DNA of 64,000 nucleotides. It comes from Perkinsus chesapeaki ATCC PRA-425. Taxonomy: Eukaryota; Protista; Perkinsozoa. The stretch lies in NCBI GenBank assembly GCA_013115145.1, contig JAAPAO010000021.1, positions 62,001-126,000 on the forward strand. The letters are read 5' to 3'. This document shows, piece by piece, positions 49,216 through 62,900 of this stretch. Both the position numbers and the translations under genes were made by a program. The notes below the pieces were generated by a model, which worked only from the letters and a program-made list of their open reading frames with translations, did no database searches and was not told where the DNA came from. How positions within the stretch are numbered: the stretch's first letter is position 1; each line of letters begins with the position of its first letter.

Positions 49216-49502
49216 ATGCTGTTCGCTCGTTTCGGCGCCAGAGCTACCAGGGCCTTCTCTACCTACAAGTCTGCCCACCAGGAGACGCCGCTCACCTACT
49301 ACCGTGCCACTCAGCACGCCACATCATCCATTAATCATCGTTTGGCTTATGTCAATGCGTAAGCCTCAGCCAGCTGCCTTGTAGTGGTTATCATATCTTT
49401 CAGGGTGTTCGTTTTCTGGGTATGCGACTCGCTGAACGCTATGGTGGATTGGTAGGCCTCCAATGGAGGTTGTGGAAGATGATGAGCAGCAGCGATGGTT
49501 AA
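49216..49502 (+). CDS. Three-exon 74-aa microprotein with mitochondrial-presequence-like N-terminus
   Basis: Introns 49359-49384 (26 nt) and 49420-49455 (36 nt), both GT-AG and frame-consistent, give MLFARFGARATRAFSTYKSAHQETPLTYYRATQHATSSINHRLAYVNAGYHIFQGVRFLGLQWRLWKMMSSSDG*. Confidence 0.6.
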
Positions 49503-49635
49503 CAAACATGATAGTATCAGTTTTCAGTATTTTTGATTGGTTCGGTTTGTGTTGAGGCTTAAGGAGTAGGAGGAGGCCTCCACTTGCTTCTTTCAGAGTT
49601 TGTTTACTCATTATTATTACTACTTAACTATAACT

Positions 49636-50460
49636 ATGTCTGGTGCTGGTTCTATGATCGCTTTGGGCCCCTTCTTTGCAATCTGCCAAGGGTGCGGTGT
49701 GTCAATGCAGAAGGGCCTTCTATCACTCTTAAAACAAGTCGGTATCACCTACGGTCTCAATATCCTGGTCCGTTACAGCGTCAACGGTCTACTTCCCGAA
49801 GGCTTCTATGATTCCCTTCCGTGGGGCCCAGCTCTGGAGCTGATGCTTTATTGTTTAGATCTCCTGGGTATGGTGCAAATCATATTCTACTCTGACTGCC
49901 TTAAGAAAGGCTTTGAAGATGATGCTCGTCGAGCCCTAGCAGTTGGTGTCACATGGGCCACGGCCGAAGTAATCCGTTATAACTACAACTTCGGTCTCAC
50001 CCTCGAGATGCACCAGTCAAGGCTGGCCGTCTTTACCCCCTCCACCCTCATGAGCAATGTTGTCCTTGCCAGCGATGTGTGCTTGGCCACCGGCGTCTGG
50101 CTGGTGTACAAGTTCGGTCAGCGTCTGCTCCCCCTTCTGGTGGTGTTCCTGTCGGCCTTCTTCCTTCCTGGCCTGGCTATCGATCTTCGCAGTATCTATG
50201 GTATGAACCACTGGGATAACGAGTTCCTTGGTATTATGCTGGCGGCCGCCGCTGCGACATCTGTCTTCACCTACTGGGTGTGGGGCAAGTACTATCCAGA
50301 AGGCTCAGCTAAACAGGCTGAACTGGACGAGATAGCCGATGAGAAGCAAGAGAAGGAGGATGCTGCCAAGAAGGCTGAGAAGGACAAGTCCGGAAACATG
50401 GTCCCCGAGCGTCGTGGTAAAAAGGCCCGTGCTGCTGCCAGGAAGGCCAAGCACGACTAA
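49636..50460 (+). CDS. TMEM147: TMEM147-like multi-pass ER protein, intronless
   Basis: LDLLGMVQII, RALAVGVTWATAEVI, LMSNVVL and GVWLVYK parallel TMEM147 ADLIGL, AALGWATAELI, IDSNISL and QVWMITR. Confidence 0.7.
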   Translation: MSGAGSMIALGPFFAICQGCGVSMQKGLLSLLKQVGITYGLNILVRYSVNGLLPEGFYDSLPWGPALELMLYCLDLLGMVQIIFYSDCLKKGFEDDARRALAVGVTWATAEVIRYNYNFGLTLEMHQSRLAVFTPSTLMSNVVLASDVCLATGVWLVYKFGQRLLPLLVVFLSAFFLPGLAIDLRSIYGMNHWDNEFLGIMLAAAAATSVFTYWVWGKYYPEGSAKQAELDEIADEKQEKEDAAKKAEKDKSGNMVPERRGKKARAAARKAKHD

Positions 50461-50778
50461 GACCACAGTTACTGGAATAGAGCGAAGTTTATGTTTCATT
50501 CCGTTTATCCAACGAATACTGTACAGTAGACGCAACGGCGAATTTGCGTTAATAGTAACAGTAGGGCGAGCTGCTCTGGATCATAGATTACGAATTACTA
50601 CGCAAGGCCCCGAGTAGTAGAGAACCATCTAGCGAGGATAGTACTTGAACATGAAAGCTGCTTCGTAGTCCCCGACAACACCAGCCTGGCCTAGTCTGGA
50701 TTGTTTGCGGGCTCCTCTGCCCCTGTTCGCATTGTTGTAGAGGGTTCCTACCTGTCCTCATTGGCGGAAGAGTAATAA

Positions 50779-51994
50779 ATGTCATCGATAGCATCCGATG
50801 CGACAGGCTTCTTGGAAGCGAAAGTCGAAGCCCTCACCATGCGGGTGACAAATTTGGAGAGTCTCTATCTGCCCAAGTTGCCGACAGGCGCACTTCCCAG
50901 CCCGATGGTTCTCCTGAGTGAGACTATCGCAAGCCGTGGGCAGGCTAAGATGGAAGCTTTGAGCTCAGGCACGATGAACAGGTCTCTTTCGGAGTGCTTA
51001 GAGTTGATAGAAAAAACTGAATGCGAATTGCGCGACGAAATAAACCGAGTGCAGAACGAGTTGGCATCCTTGCTAAATTCCAAAACGAAGGTTACCCGTT
51101 GAACGGTTAGGAGGCGAATAGGTCACCCGCTCAGGAGAGCCACTTGGCCGTCAGTGACGTATTGGCCAGAACAGACTCGCTTGAAGTAGCGCGGTCTGAG
51201 GATGCTAACAGGCTCGAGCGGGTCATTAAGGAAATGAACAGCATCAAGCGACATGCACGTCAAGAAACACAGGTGAGCAAATACCTGGTCATTGGTTATC
51301 ACAAACCTGAAGGCATGCCGAGTCCCGGTTATCAGTTTCTTAATAAAACGGAGAGCTTGGGCAAGCAGATAAACGATCTCCGTGATCAAACCGATAAGCT
51401 TGGCGACGAAGTAAGAAACTTGTCCCAATCAGTAGGCTATCGGGCTTATAGGTGAAATCCCTGTCTAAGAAGTGCACGGAAACAGATGTGCGCTCCTGTG
51501 AAAACCACGTACTGTTGACGAAGGTCCAAGAAAGAGCTCGCGTCTATGAGAAGGCCGCCAGTCGAGTAGATCTGATGGACAAAAATATCGACGCGGCAGG
51601 AGCCAAACTAGCAGCATATCGGCACTTGTGTTCGTTCTAGGTTCAGGAAGAGCTATTCCGCTTAGCAGCAGCGTCAACGAAGAGTGGACAGTCGATTAAT
51701 GATAAGGTCGAATCTATCCGGACGGCGCTGAGCGCCTTGGAAGCTTCGCTCGCACCAAGATTGACTTCTTTCGAAGCTAGGATAGAAAAATTAGAGAATG
51801 TCAGGCATCTCGAAATCTGCGCCTTCGCGGAGTGTGTCACTCAGGTACCAGTGGAACCCTTGTCAATGAAGTCGTTCCCCGATAGCTACGATCAGGCGGT
51901 CCCCACAGTGCCAGGCGTGGCGAGCTTGCAGAAAATAAGCTTGGAAGTGAAGAACATCGCCCGCGGTGGGCGAGATAGAGCTCCTCATGCTTGA
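50779..51994 (+). CDS. Spliced coiled-coil hypothetical protein
   Basis: Consecutive heptad-rich exons (ELRDEINRVQNELASLL; ANRLERVIKEMNSIK; KQINDLRDQTDKLGDEV; FEARIEKLENV). Confidence 0.55.
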
Positions 51995-52172
51995 GTGTGG
52001 AGTCGATCCAGACGTTCTCGTATTCAAGCGTTGGGTTACTTTTTCAACACGACACTTCCAATGGAGAATATACGTAGCTCAAAAAGTATTCGACTATTGT
52101 GCAACAATCCCTATGAGGGCTTGATTAAAGGACAGATAATATAACAAGCAATTAGTGATATTGGTCTATGCT

Positions 52173-53387
52173 TCAGCAGTTACCTCCGAAGCATTTCCTA
52201 TAGTCCACTGTCAGCCATGTGAATGGCATCAAACTGAGTGTATAGAAGCCTAGACGAGTTCCATCGCTTCCAGCCTTGGACTTTAGATCCTTCATCAGTT
52301 CAATAGCTGCCATAGGCGACCAAGAGCCCAGTTCATTAGCACCCAGAGTGTCCGTACAAGCACGGTTGTTGAGAGGGTACATGCAACCAGGCGAACCGAA
52401 ATGCCTCGGTGACCACAACAGCACAGTGTCGTCGGCGTATCGCTGCGTATCGGTCTTAGGAATAGGAGATTCTCCGCTGATGCTAGAGAGAAGGAAGTTG
52501 GCCATGTCCTGGGCTTGATCCTTCCTAGTAGCAAACTCTGACCCCGCTCCCCGATAGGCTTCAGGACTAGGGACCCAAAAGTCCAGCAGGAATGAAAAAT
52601 AAACATCTATTGAAGTAGTGTATCGGTTCTTGGCGCCGTTCAAGACACCTAGCCCAACGGTCAGCCCTAGCCTCAAGCTGCCTTTGGCTGCGGCACCCTG
52701 GTTAACGAGATCTGGCAGGACTGAACTGCTGATGTTGATGCCATCGATCACGATACCGACGATCATTCTGGCGCCAACATGGCTGTTCCACGTCGAAGCG
52801 AATGTAAAGAGGCACTCCATGATGCTGGGCCGACCGTTACATACAGTGGACCAGCTGTTGTCGTTGGGAACGGCATTAAGCCAAAGGCTTCCTCCGACGT
52901 CTTCGAGCCGTCGAAGAAGCGACTGAAAATCCTGGCCACCACCAACGCTGGTACTTTGGCTCACACGTGTCACGTCACCATCGATCCAATTTTTGAGAGT
53001 GTTCCCGGTTACTGAAAGAACCAGATCGCCAACACGTACATTGAGGCAATTTACACCAGAAGCAAAAGTGGGCAGATGGTCAGTTAGAAAAGCTCGAGGA
53101 CCAGCAGCCGACATGCTCGGCCAGTCGGAAAAGAGAACGACGTCGGAAGTGACGTCAGTCGGCCTGCCGTCTGGGCATACGTTGGGCGGCGGGGTTGTTG
53201 TGGGCCCGGTGGGGGTCGGGGGCTGAGTAGGCTCGATGGTGGGACCACCTGGTGTAGTGGTACTGCTGAAGCCTGGAGGTGGTCTTATGCTGGGTGTTGC
53301 TCGTGATGAACAACCAACAGCGAAGAGAGCAGTGAGACTAAGTGTCCAGAGGATGACCAGGTCTCTCCAGCAGTTGTACGAGGGCAT
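52173..53387 (-). CDS. Secreted/surface hypothetical protein: signal peptide, P/T-rich linker, Cys-containing globular domain; intronless
   Basis: ATG 53387, hydrophobic LVILWTLSLTALFAVGC, linker PPPGFSSTTTPGGPTIEPTQPPTPTGPTTTPPP. Confidence 0.75.
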   Translation of the reverse strand: MPSYNCWRDLVILWTLSLTALFAVGCSSRATPSIRPPPGFSSTTTPGGPTIEPTQPPTPTGPTTTPPPNVCPDGRPTDVTSDVVLFSDWPSMSAAGPRAFLTDHLPTFASGVNCLNVRVGDLVLSVTGNTLKNWIDGDVTRVSQSTSVGGGQDFQSLLRRLEDVGGSLWLNAVPNDNSWSTVCNGRPSIMECLFTFASTWNSHVGARMIVGIVIDGINISSSVLPDLVNQGAAAKGSLRLGLTVGLGVLNGAKNRYTTSIDVYFSFLLDFWVPSPEAYRGAGSEFATRKDQAQDMANFLLSSISGESPIPKTDTQRYADDTVLLWSPRHFGSPGCMYPLNNRACTDTLGANELGSWSPMAAIELMKDLKSKAGSDGTRLGFYTLSLMPFTWLTVDYRKCFGGNC

Positions 53388-53477
53388 TTGAGATGTTACA
53401 GTACTAACTGGAATCCTGTGAACCAACAAGAGCGTACCAACCCACAGGCGCGCAACAAAAGTAGTCCGGAGACTGCC

Positions 53478-56400
53478 TTATGACGACGATGAGGAGGACG
53501 TGAGGCAGAACCCACCGCCGGTATATCGTGGCATGCCGGAATTTACTTTCGCCTTCACCTTCCCTTGCCCGCTCGTTGACTTGCTCTTCGCCTTGGCATT
53601 CTGACTCGCTTGCTGCTGCTGTTTTTTCTCTTGATAATACTTCTGCATAACTTCTTGTTTCTCCTTCTTCAACCGCCGTACTTCTGCTTGGTACCTGCCA
53701 GTAGGCAGGGTGCTGCCACCCCACCAACAAAACTCTCCACTGCGCGTCTTACTCATCAATTATCCGCCGGTAATCAGCCAACTCCGCGTTCATAGCAGCC
53801 AACTGGTCATTTCTCTCCTTAAGATTCTCCCCATGGATGGCAAGCTGCTCCCGCAACTCCGGCCCTGAGAGCGACCGATAGTCTCACCTCACTTTGTCAC
53901 TTACCGGGAATCCTTGCTAGTTTGCGCTCCAGCTCCTTGATCTCTTGATCAGCCCTCTTAACAGCTTCCTTCTTCTTCACCGCCTCATCCACACCTGCAA
54001 TGCAGCCAGCCCTGGTAACCACAAAGGGCGGCGCCCTTAGGGCGCTGGACTTACTCGCAATGAGCCTCCGTTGCAAGTTACGCATCTTCTCGAGCATATG
54101 TAGGGTCTCCGGATCAGAGCCTTCCAACAGTCGCCATCTGTGTATCTGCCCCGTAGCCCTGTGGAAGAGCTTGCCCGGATCGGTGCCAAGCCCACATTCA
54201 TTGGGTTTTCCAGCTCCTCCCCGAGAGCCTTCACCTTGGCTTGTTCGGCCAGCAATTGCTGGTGTAATTGGTAGGCTTCGTGCTTGTATCTTTCGCCACA
54301 GTATTGAGAACTGTTGGCGGTGGCGAATGGATGCTACTCGTCCATGTTTCCGACTCGAGCTTGGAGACCGGCGAGCTCCACCTCAAGCTTCCGTAGTTGG
54401 CTCTCCTTCTCCTTCATGTTGTCTGTCAGTTCACGGTAGCGCGCTTCTCCCTTGCGCAGGGTGGACTGAAATTGACGTCTACCAAGCTGGAGAAGGCGAC
54501 AAGCTCAAACCTCGCAGAGGCGGATCTTCGCGTGGACTTCTGCCTGTTCTTCCTTTTTCTTCACCAGTCTTGTACTAAGGAGCTCCTTCTCACTAGCCAC
54601 TTTGTTACACTCCTTCTCCTGCATGTCCCTATCCTCCTCGGTTTCTTTCAGCGCCTTCTCCAGCTTGCTGATCTCCTTCCGATAAACCTATTCCAAGCCT
54701 GTGAAGTCCAGCCCAAAGATTTCTGCTTGCTCCACCTCAGCAACGCTGCCTAGATTCCTGAGTCGCTTCGTGGCCTTCTCCTTTGAGCTCTTCAGCTGCT
54801 CTAAAGTCTTGGCCATCTCTTGAGTGGCAAAGTGTCTCCGAACGAGCTCTTGGTCTTTGTCCTCAATTTCTCCTCGAAGCTGTTTGATACGATGCTCGAG
54901 ACCTTTGAGGAAGATATGAATTAGTCGGTATTAGCCGATGGATCCTACTCGCAAACTTTCTCTTGATCTCGGAAATCTCCGACTGGGACTCTAGCATGTT
55001 CTTGGCGTATCTGCAAGCTTCAAGCTAAGATCCCCTCAAACCCCAGCAAGGAACCCCTCACAGATTCCTATCAGCCTTCACAGTCTCACAGAGATTCTTT
55101 TGCTGAATAAACTCCGCTTGTAGTGCCGCTATCTGCTCTTTCATGCCAGCCAGCCGAGTGTCCTTCTCCCTGATCTTCTGTAGCGTTGCGACGTACCTGC
55201 CGTGGACTTTGCCGTATCCTCAAGCTCCCCCACCTTACCGATCGTTAGCCTCCTTCAACTGCTGCATAAACCTGTCTCTTTCCATGACCAGGTCCTGTAG
55301 TCTGCCGACAAGCAGCGTCCTTGACGAGGAATCCGTAGGCACTTTACTGTTCATCGCTCTGGGCCTTGGCCTGCCTCCACTTCACGAGCTCCCGGAACAG
55401 GTTATTCGACTTCTGCTCCTGTTCTTTAACCTTACACCAGGAGACCAGTTCCCTCTTAGCAACCACCACATCGCCATAATAGGATCACACACTACACTCC
55501 CATAGAACATTGCCCCACACCAACAGAAAGAGCCCCAAATCCATCTGTTTAAACTCATAGTAGATGATCCATGCTGCTAGCGTGAGAGATGGTCAAACGG
55601 TGAAGCAAAGTTTAGCTCTAGCATTGACCGATAAATCCATCGCATTCTCTGGGACCGGGATGTGATTGAAAAGATAACGGATGTTGATGTCCGCTCACCA
55701 ATGCAATTTCAATATCCTTGCGGTCAGTCGCTTTCTGTAAGGCTTTATAAAGGAGCTCTCGTTCGTGTGACAGGTCCGACAGCATCTACAAGAGGTAGTA
55801 ATGAGCCACAACAACTTGAAACTGAGGCGTAATTTAGCGTCCATCTCCTGTCGTTTGCTAATCTTCTCGACTCTCTCAGTTAGCTCCTTAACTCTCTTGG
55901 ATGCATTCTTCTTCTCCTCCAGCAGCGCAGCACGCTCTCTCTCTGCCTCCTACACCCCATCAACTCAACCTACCTACTCAGAAACCACGAACCTCTTTAT
56001 CAGCACCCAGCTGCTCATAGGTGGCCTCTGCCTGATCCTTCGCCTTCGTCGCCTTCGCCAATTCCTTCCTGTGCTTCTCCGCCTCTTCCTAATAACACAA
56101 ACTGTCCCGAAGTCAAAGAGTTCTGTCTCCGGTCACTTGAAGCGCCTTTATATCCTTCTTCAGTTTCTGCGTCTTTCGGCTCTCCAACGCGCTCTGTTGC
56201 TTTATGCGGCTTATCTCCTCTTGAAGGCTGCCCTGACCAAGCTGCTTTTACCATCCTTAAAACCTCTGGGCAAACACCTGTATAGTAGTTTGGTGCTCCA
56301 CATCCTTAGTGGCCGCCTTTAGCTCCCGAAGTGCCTGTCTGTGCCTGAGCGCATAACCTCACCACCAGCATCAGCAGCACCCAGTTTATATTCACTCTTC

Positions 56401-57812
56401 CTGAGCCTCGGCTATCTGATCCAGCGTATCGACTGAGTCTGAGGTGGAAGAGGCACTGCAATCTCCACTGGAATACCTTCCAAAGTGCGGCGCTGTCACC
56501 TTTGCTGATATTTTCCAATGTCTCCCTCTTCTGCTTCATTTCAGCATCAAGCTTCTCTCTCTTACTCACAGTGTCCGTCAGCTTCGTTGTGAGATCCTCC
56601 AGGAATGCTGACAGCCACTATGCAGTTATCAGAGCTGGTGCTGCTGCAGGTGTTGCTACCCTCGGCGCGAGCTAGGTCCTGGGTACTCTTTTCAAAGTCG
56701 GCCGTCAGGGTTTCCCGGGTCTGAAAGAAAACATTAGACGCGGTGAGGGGGGTATCTTAGTCCATGAAGATGAACGTAACCATTTGAATACCAACACAGA
56801 ATCTGCCCTACCATCAACGCACCACAGATCATTTTCGCCTTCCGAAATGCACGAGGCGACCTCCGGATACCCTTATCGCATGAAAGACAGATAACGCTGT
56901 CGATGCAGTGCTAGGTCGGAGGCTCACTTTCTCCAGCTCTTGAGACTGTGCCTGCAGCTGATCTTGTTGAGCTGCTAGGAGGTCCCTGTGCTTGGTGAGA
57001 TCTATCTGCTTCTGTGTAAGGATCTTCACTTGAGTCTCCTGCTGGGTAGCCATTTCGGCACTCTGCTCGACCAGCTTTGATAGACGGGCCACTTCAGCCT
57101 GAGGAGATGTCTTAGGCTGCGGGCCCTATCTAGTCTGCTCATTAGATACGGCATTCTTAATTACTAGAATAACACATAGGGCTTTCAAGTCCGCTTTCTA
57201 TCGATTATTACACACCGCATCACATTTTCAACAGCACCTTTACGGACGACCGCATCTCAGAAGGGTAAGTGAAGAGTATTGATTATTGCAGCACCCTCAT
57301 GTCCTCAACAGTGGCCCTCAACGTCTGCTCCTTGTCATGGCTTCCTTCCACAATCTTCCACGCCTTGTCTATCTCCTTCTTCAGTGCTGTTATGGTAGTC
57401 TGGTCCTCTTGCGACTGCTTCAATGCTCTTTGGACCTGCAGAATGGCTGCCACCAAATACTTAACCGCAGACGCCCAACCTTATAGGCATTCTCGACAAT
57501 CTCAGCATTGAGCTCTCGACATTTACCTATGAGCATTTTCTCTGTGTCGTGCGACTGTCTCAGAGCGTCATGGAGCCTTTCGTACCTGAGGGAATCTAAG
57601 CTCGACCCATGCATCATACGGCAAAACACTCACTGCTTCCTGAATTCCTGCAGGGACTCATCATCAAGTAGTTCAGCCAGGACTTCTTGGAAGTCCCTCT
57701 CAAGAGCTTCGAATGCCGAGGCCTCGAAGGCTTCAAGATTCTCGAGCTCATTGGATTGCTTTCGCTGTTCTTCTGCTGCTTCCTTCGAACCGGCCGATGC
57801 TGCTGCCGTCAT
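53478..57812 (-). CDS. CFAP58: Cilia- and flagella-associated protein 58 (CCDC147), many introns
   Basis: AFEALERDFQEVLAELLDDESLQEFRK/YERLHDALRQSHDTEKMLIGKCRELNAEIVENA and C-terminal PRYTGGGFCL match CFAP58. Confidence 0.9.
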
Positions 57813-58025
57813 CGAAACAAACAGCAGGTATGCTGGGAAGCCATTCGAGCCTCCATCCGTCGAGTTTCCTAGCAACCGTAGTCGATCGCTGATGTATCTC
57901 CCAATCACCCTTTGGCATTAAGTATGCTAACTAACCCAAAGCACTGGCTACAGATAACGTAAGTAAGATGCTACGGTTGAGAACACAGTAGGAGCAGTAA
58001 AACGGTGACGGTATTATTATGACCA

Positions 58026-59828
<1,803 letters not shown>

Positions 59829-59999
59829 GATAAGGGGAAAGTATGGTACAAAAGGAACAACTGTGAATGTGCTGCAATACAGGAAGCGGTTGGATGCTTA
59901 GATTTAAGATTAAGACAAGCCATAGCGCGCGGGTAAGCACCACCCTGCTCTTTAAATGCTGCCCCAACTATACAATACAGCACGGCTGTACGATGACCT

Positions 60000-62900
60000 A
60001 TACGGTTGTTGTTGTAACGTAAGAGCTCTGATATAGAAAGAATGGCCGACGAAAAGGGCATGGCGTCATGCGAGCAGCATTCATTGCTTTGTATCACATC
60101 GACGGTCTTTGAGTTCCTTAACCCTACCAAGGGATCTGAATGCATGCTGCGATCGACGGGACTGTACCGCTGTAAGATGCTCTTGCGGTGACTCTTCGTC
60201 TCGACAGGATCTCCTTCTGTAATCGACTTTACCTTGAATAAATGAAAATACCAGCAGGCCGAAACTTCTTCGTACTCTCTTTATCAGTGCCTCAATTTGC
60301 CTGTCCTTTCCTCGGCTGCTATTAACACTCACTTCTAGCGGCGGAGCGTAGCTCCGCCGAGGGGACTTCGAAGGAGCGGTGTTCTCAACAGGATTGATCT
60401 GCGCGAATCAAAGGCCATCCACTCTAGCACTCGCCTTTACCACTCGTATCATCAGACCGTCCCAGGACCAAATCTTGCAGCCCTCACCGACCCCTACTGT
60501 AATCACCACGCGGGGATCTACAACTACCTGAAGGCAGAGCGTCTGGTGGTAGCACCCGGCGCTGCTCCTCAACCTGCACCGACGATATTGCCTCCTCATG
60601 AGCCCTCCATGTTCGTTCCATCGTTACCAAGCGCCTGCCCTGGAGAAGCTGAAGGACGGGGTTGAAGATGCCAGCTAGAGCCAAGCTTACAGTAGGCATC
60701 CTGTGGCCCAGCTTGCTAACTTTCCTCCCGCTTAGGTCGGCCATTTCTGCCCCATCGCATGTACCCCTCCAGTGAGGGTTCCTCGATCGATAGGCTGTAC
60801 TGTCAGATGGCGGATGCAGTCCTGGAATATTTCGAGCTTGTCTTGCCGCCAAGCCCCCCCTAGCATACCACATTCCAGGAGCTCTGGAGACTGTATAAAC
60901 TGAGTGCAGTTCCAGCATTTTATACATCCCTCCTCATCACCAGTCACCACTGTTAACGATAAAGGGTAGCCACAGCCGCGGCTGGTCTCTGGCGGCTGAG
61001 TGCCTATAACGCTACAGTCGCATTACACCCTTCTCTACAGCTTACTGAAGAACCTTCTATCCTCTTCCAGGTCCTCAAGCGTTTCCTTATCAAAGCCTCC
61101 GGTCTGAGAAATAAGAGGCAGAATGGCAATTGTTCATCTAGATTTTTTGTCTAGCAAACGCACCACCGATCTAGTATAGGGAGCTCTGGTACATCGACCA
61201 TCTCGCGGAGTCACCGTCAGCATTGGCGCCTCCGCCTGCCATACTTCGCAGGGCGTCGAAGCTGTGAAGACTCTAAAGAGCATAGTCCACGGAATTACCG
61301 AGGTTCGATGCCCACCTTGAGGAGCTACACACTCCAGTGAGAGTGAAGTCTATAGCGGACACAGGTATGGTCTTGGCCAAGGAACGTATGTTCATAAAAC
61401 GGTACAGACATTTAAATTGAAGCTCTAGTGGTGACGGCGGCAAGCCCCATATAGCAATCTGATTCAGGAATGGAGTAAAGCTTGTACACTAACACCCCCT
61501 GCGTAACGGTTGTTATCCCATTTTCTATAGAGCTGCAGCTACAAACAGTGTGAACGGTAAGACCGAAGCACCCTCTAATAGGCCCACCGAGGCATAAGTG
61601 TTTCGAGCCGCTAGGAGCGTAGGACCTACATTTCCATGGAGATCAGCACTGGCAAGTAAAGCAAGAGGATCGAGGAAGCACAGGGCAGTGATCTCCGAGC
61701 GATGACCAATACAGTGTCTAAGCGGCAGCATGACATAATAATACTGAGGCACCACCACCGACCCCATAAATGCAAGCTGCTCGAAGGATCTGACGCTGAT
61801 CACCGCATCGATGCTGCCAAATGCAACAAGCTCTCCACACAGGGAGAACGCTATAGCCGTTAGTGGCTGAAGATGAAGGTTGTGGGCCGTGCCTGTATCG
61901 AGGCAGGCTCATTGGGATGGAAACGCTGGGACTCCAGCCCCACGTAAAACGGTTGCCTCCGCTCCACGACCAATCTCGTCCATCTCTGGATCACTCTCAG
62001 TACTAGGAATGGACTTCAGCACCGACAGCTCATCATGCACTTTAATGCGGTTGTCAGAAGAGGCAGAAAAGAGGATATGATCGCCACTAGGACCATAGCT
62101 GGACAAAACGTGGCCAAACCTCACGGCAGGAGCCCTACTGTATATCAATAACGGGGCTAGAGTGAGGTGAATATTCGTGAAGTCGAGCGCCTGTGTAGTG
62201 GTTGTAGCTGAAATGAAGGCGCCAGCGTGTATGTGGAAACCAAGGGGCGGCTACGCAGCAATGCCCCCATGATAGTCACCGACGAAGACTTTTAGGCCAC
62301 GGTCGCCAAGACAGAAGCAGGAGACCTGAACGCCGCCGTAGATTGGTACAGCTGGGTGCTGGATGGTACCTCTGATGTGTGCTTGATGACACTTGCTAGA
62401 GACATGGACATATTGTGGGAAATGCTCCACGAACGGACCACGTTCCCAGACGCTGTTAATAGAATGTTGTATGCCTGATTGGTGACTACTAAAAGCCAAA
62501 CTCTAATGGAAAATGATATACATAGGATGGTAAAAGGTGCGTGGCTAAGGCAGGGTAAATTCTTAGAAAGCGGAAGAGCGCAGAGGCGGCCGGTAGTGCG
62601 ATTATACCCTGGTCCTACACCGCTCTAGGTACGAGCAGCAGGTGAGGAACGGTAAGAAGCACTGGTCGTTATCAATTTGATACCCCCTACTGACGGTATA
62701 TATCCGAGCACAGGTAACAGGTCCTGGATTGGTATCCCCAACACACGCCACGAGGCCTTCAGTGGCATCCGGATCTACATGCATGGGACAGCAAGTTGTG
62801 GGGAGAGGGAGCTTAGATAGTGAATGGAGTTAGTGAATAGATGGTGAAATAGAGTGAAGAGGAGGTGCCAGATCTGGCTCACTGTGATCTAGTTCAGCTG

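Noticed and set aside
53310-53387. Bacterial lipobox-like AVGC
   Set aside because: Eukaryotic context and no supporting bacterial features; likely an ordinary signal-peptide end.
60339-60359. Perfect 9-bp hairpin CGGCGGAGC-GTA-GCTCCGCCG
   Set aside because: Single occurrence in probable coding sequence with no U-tract; plausibly chance.
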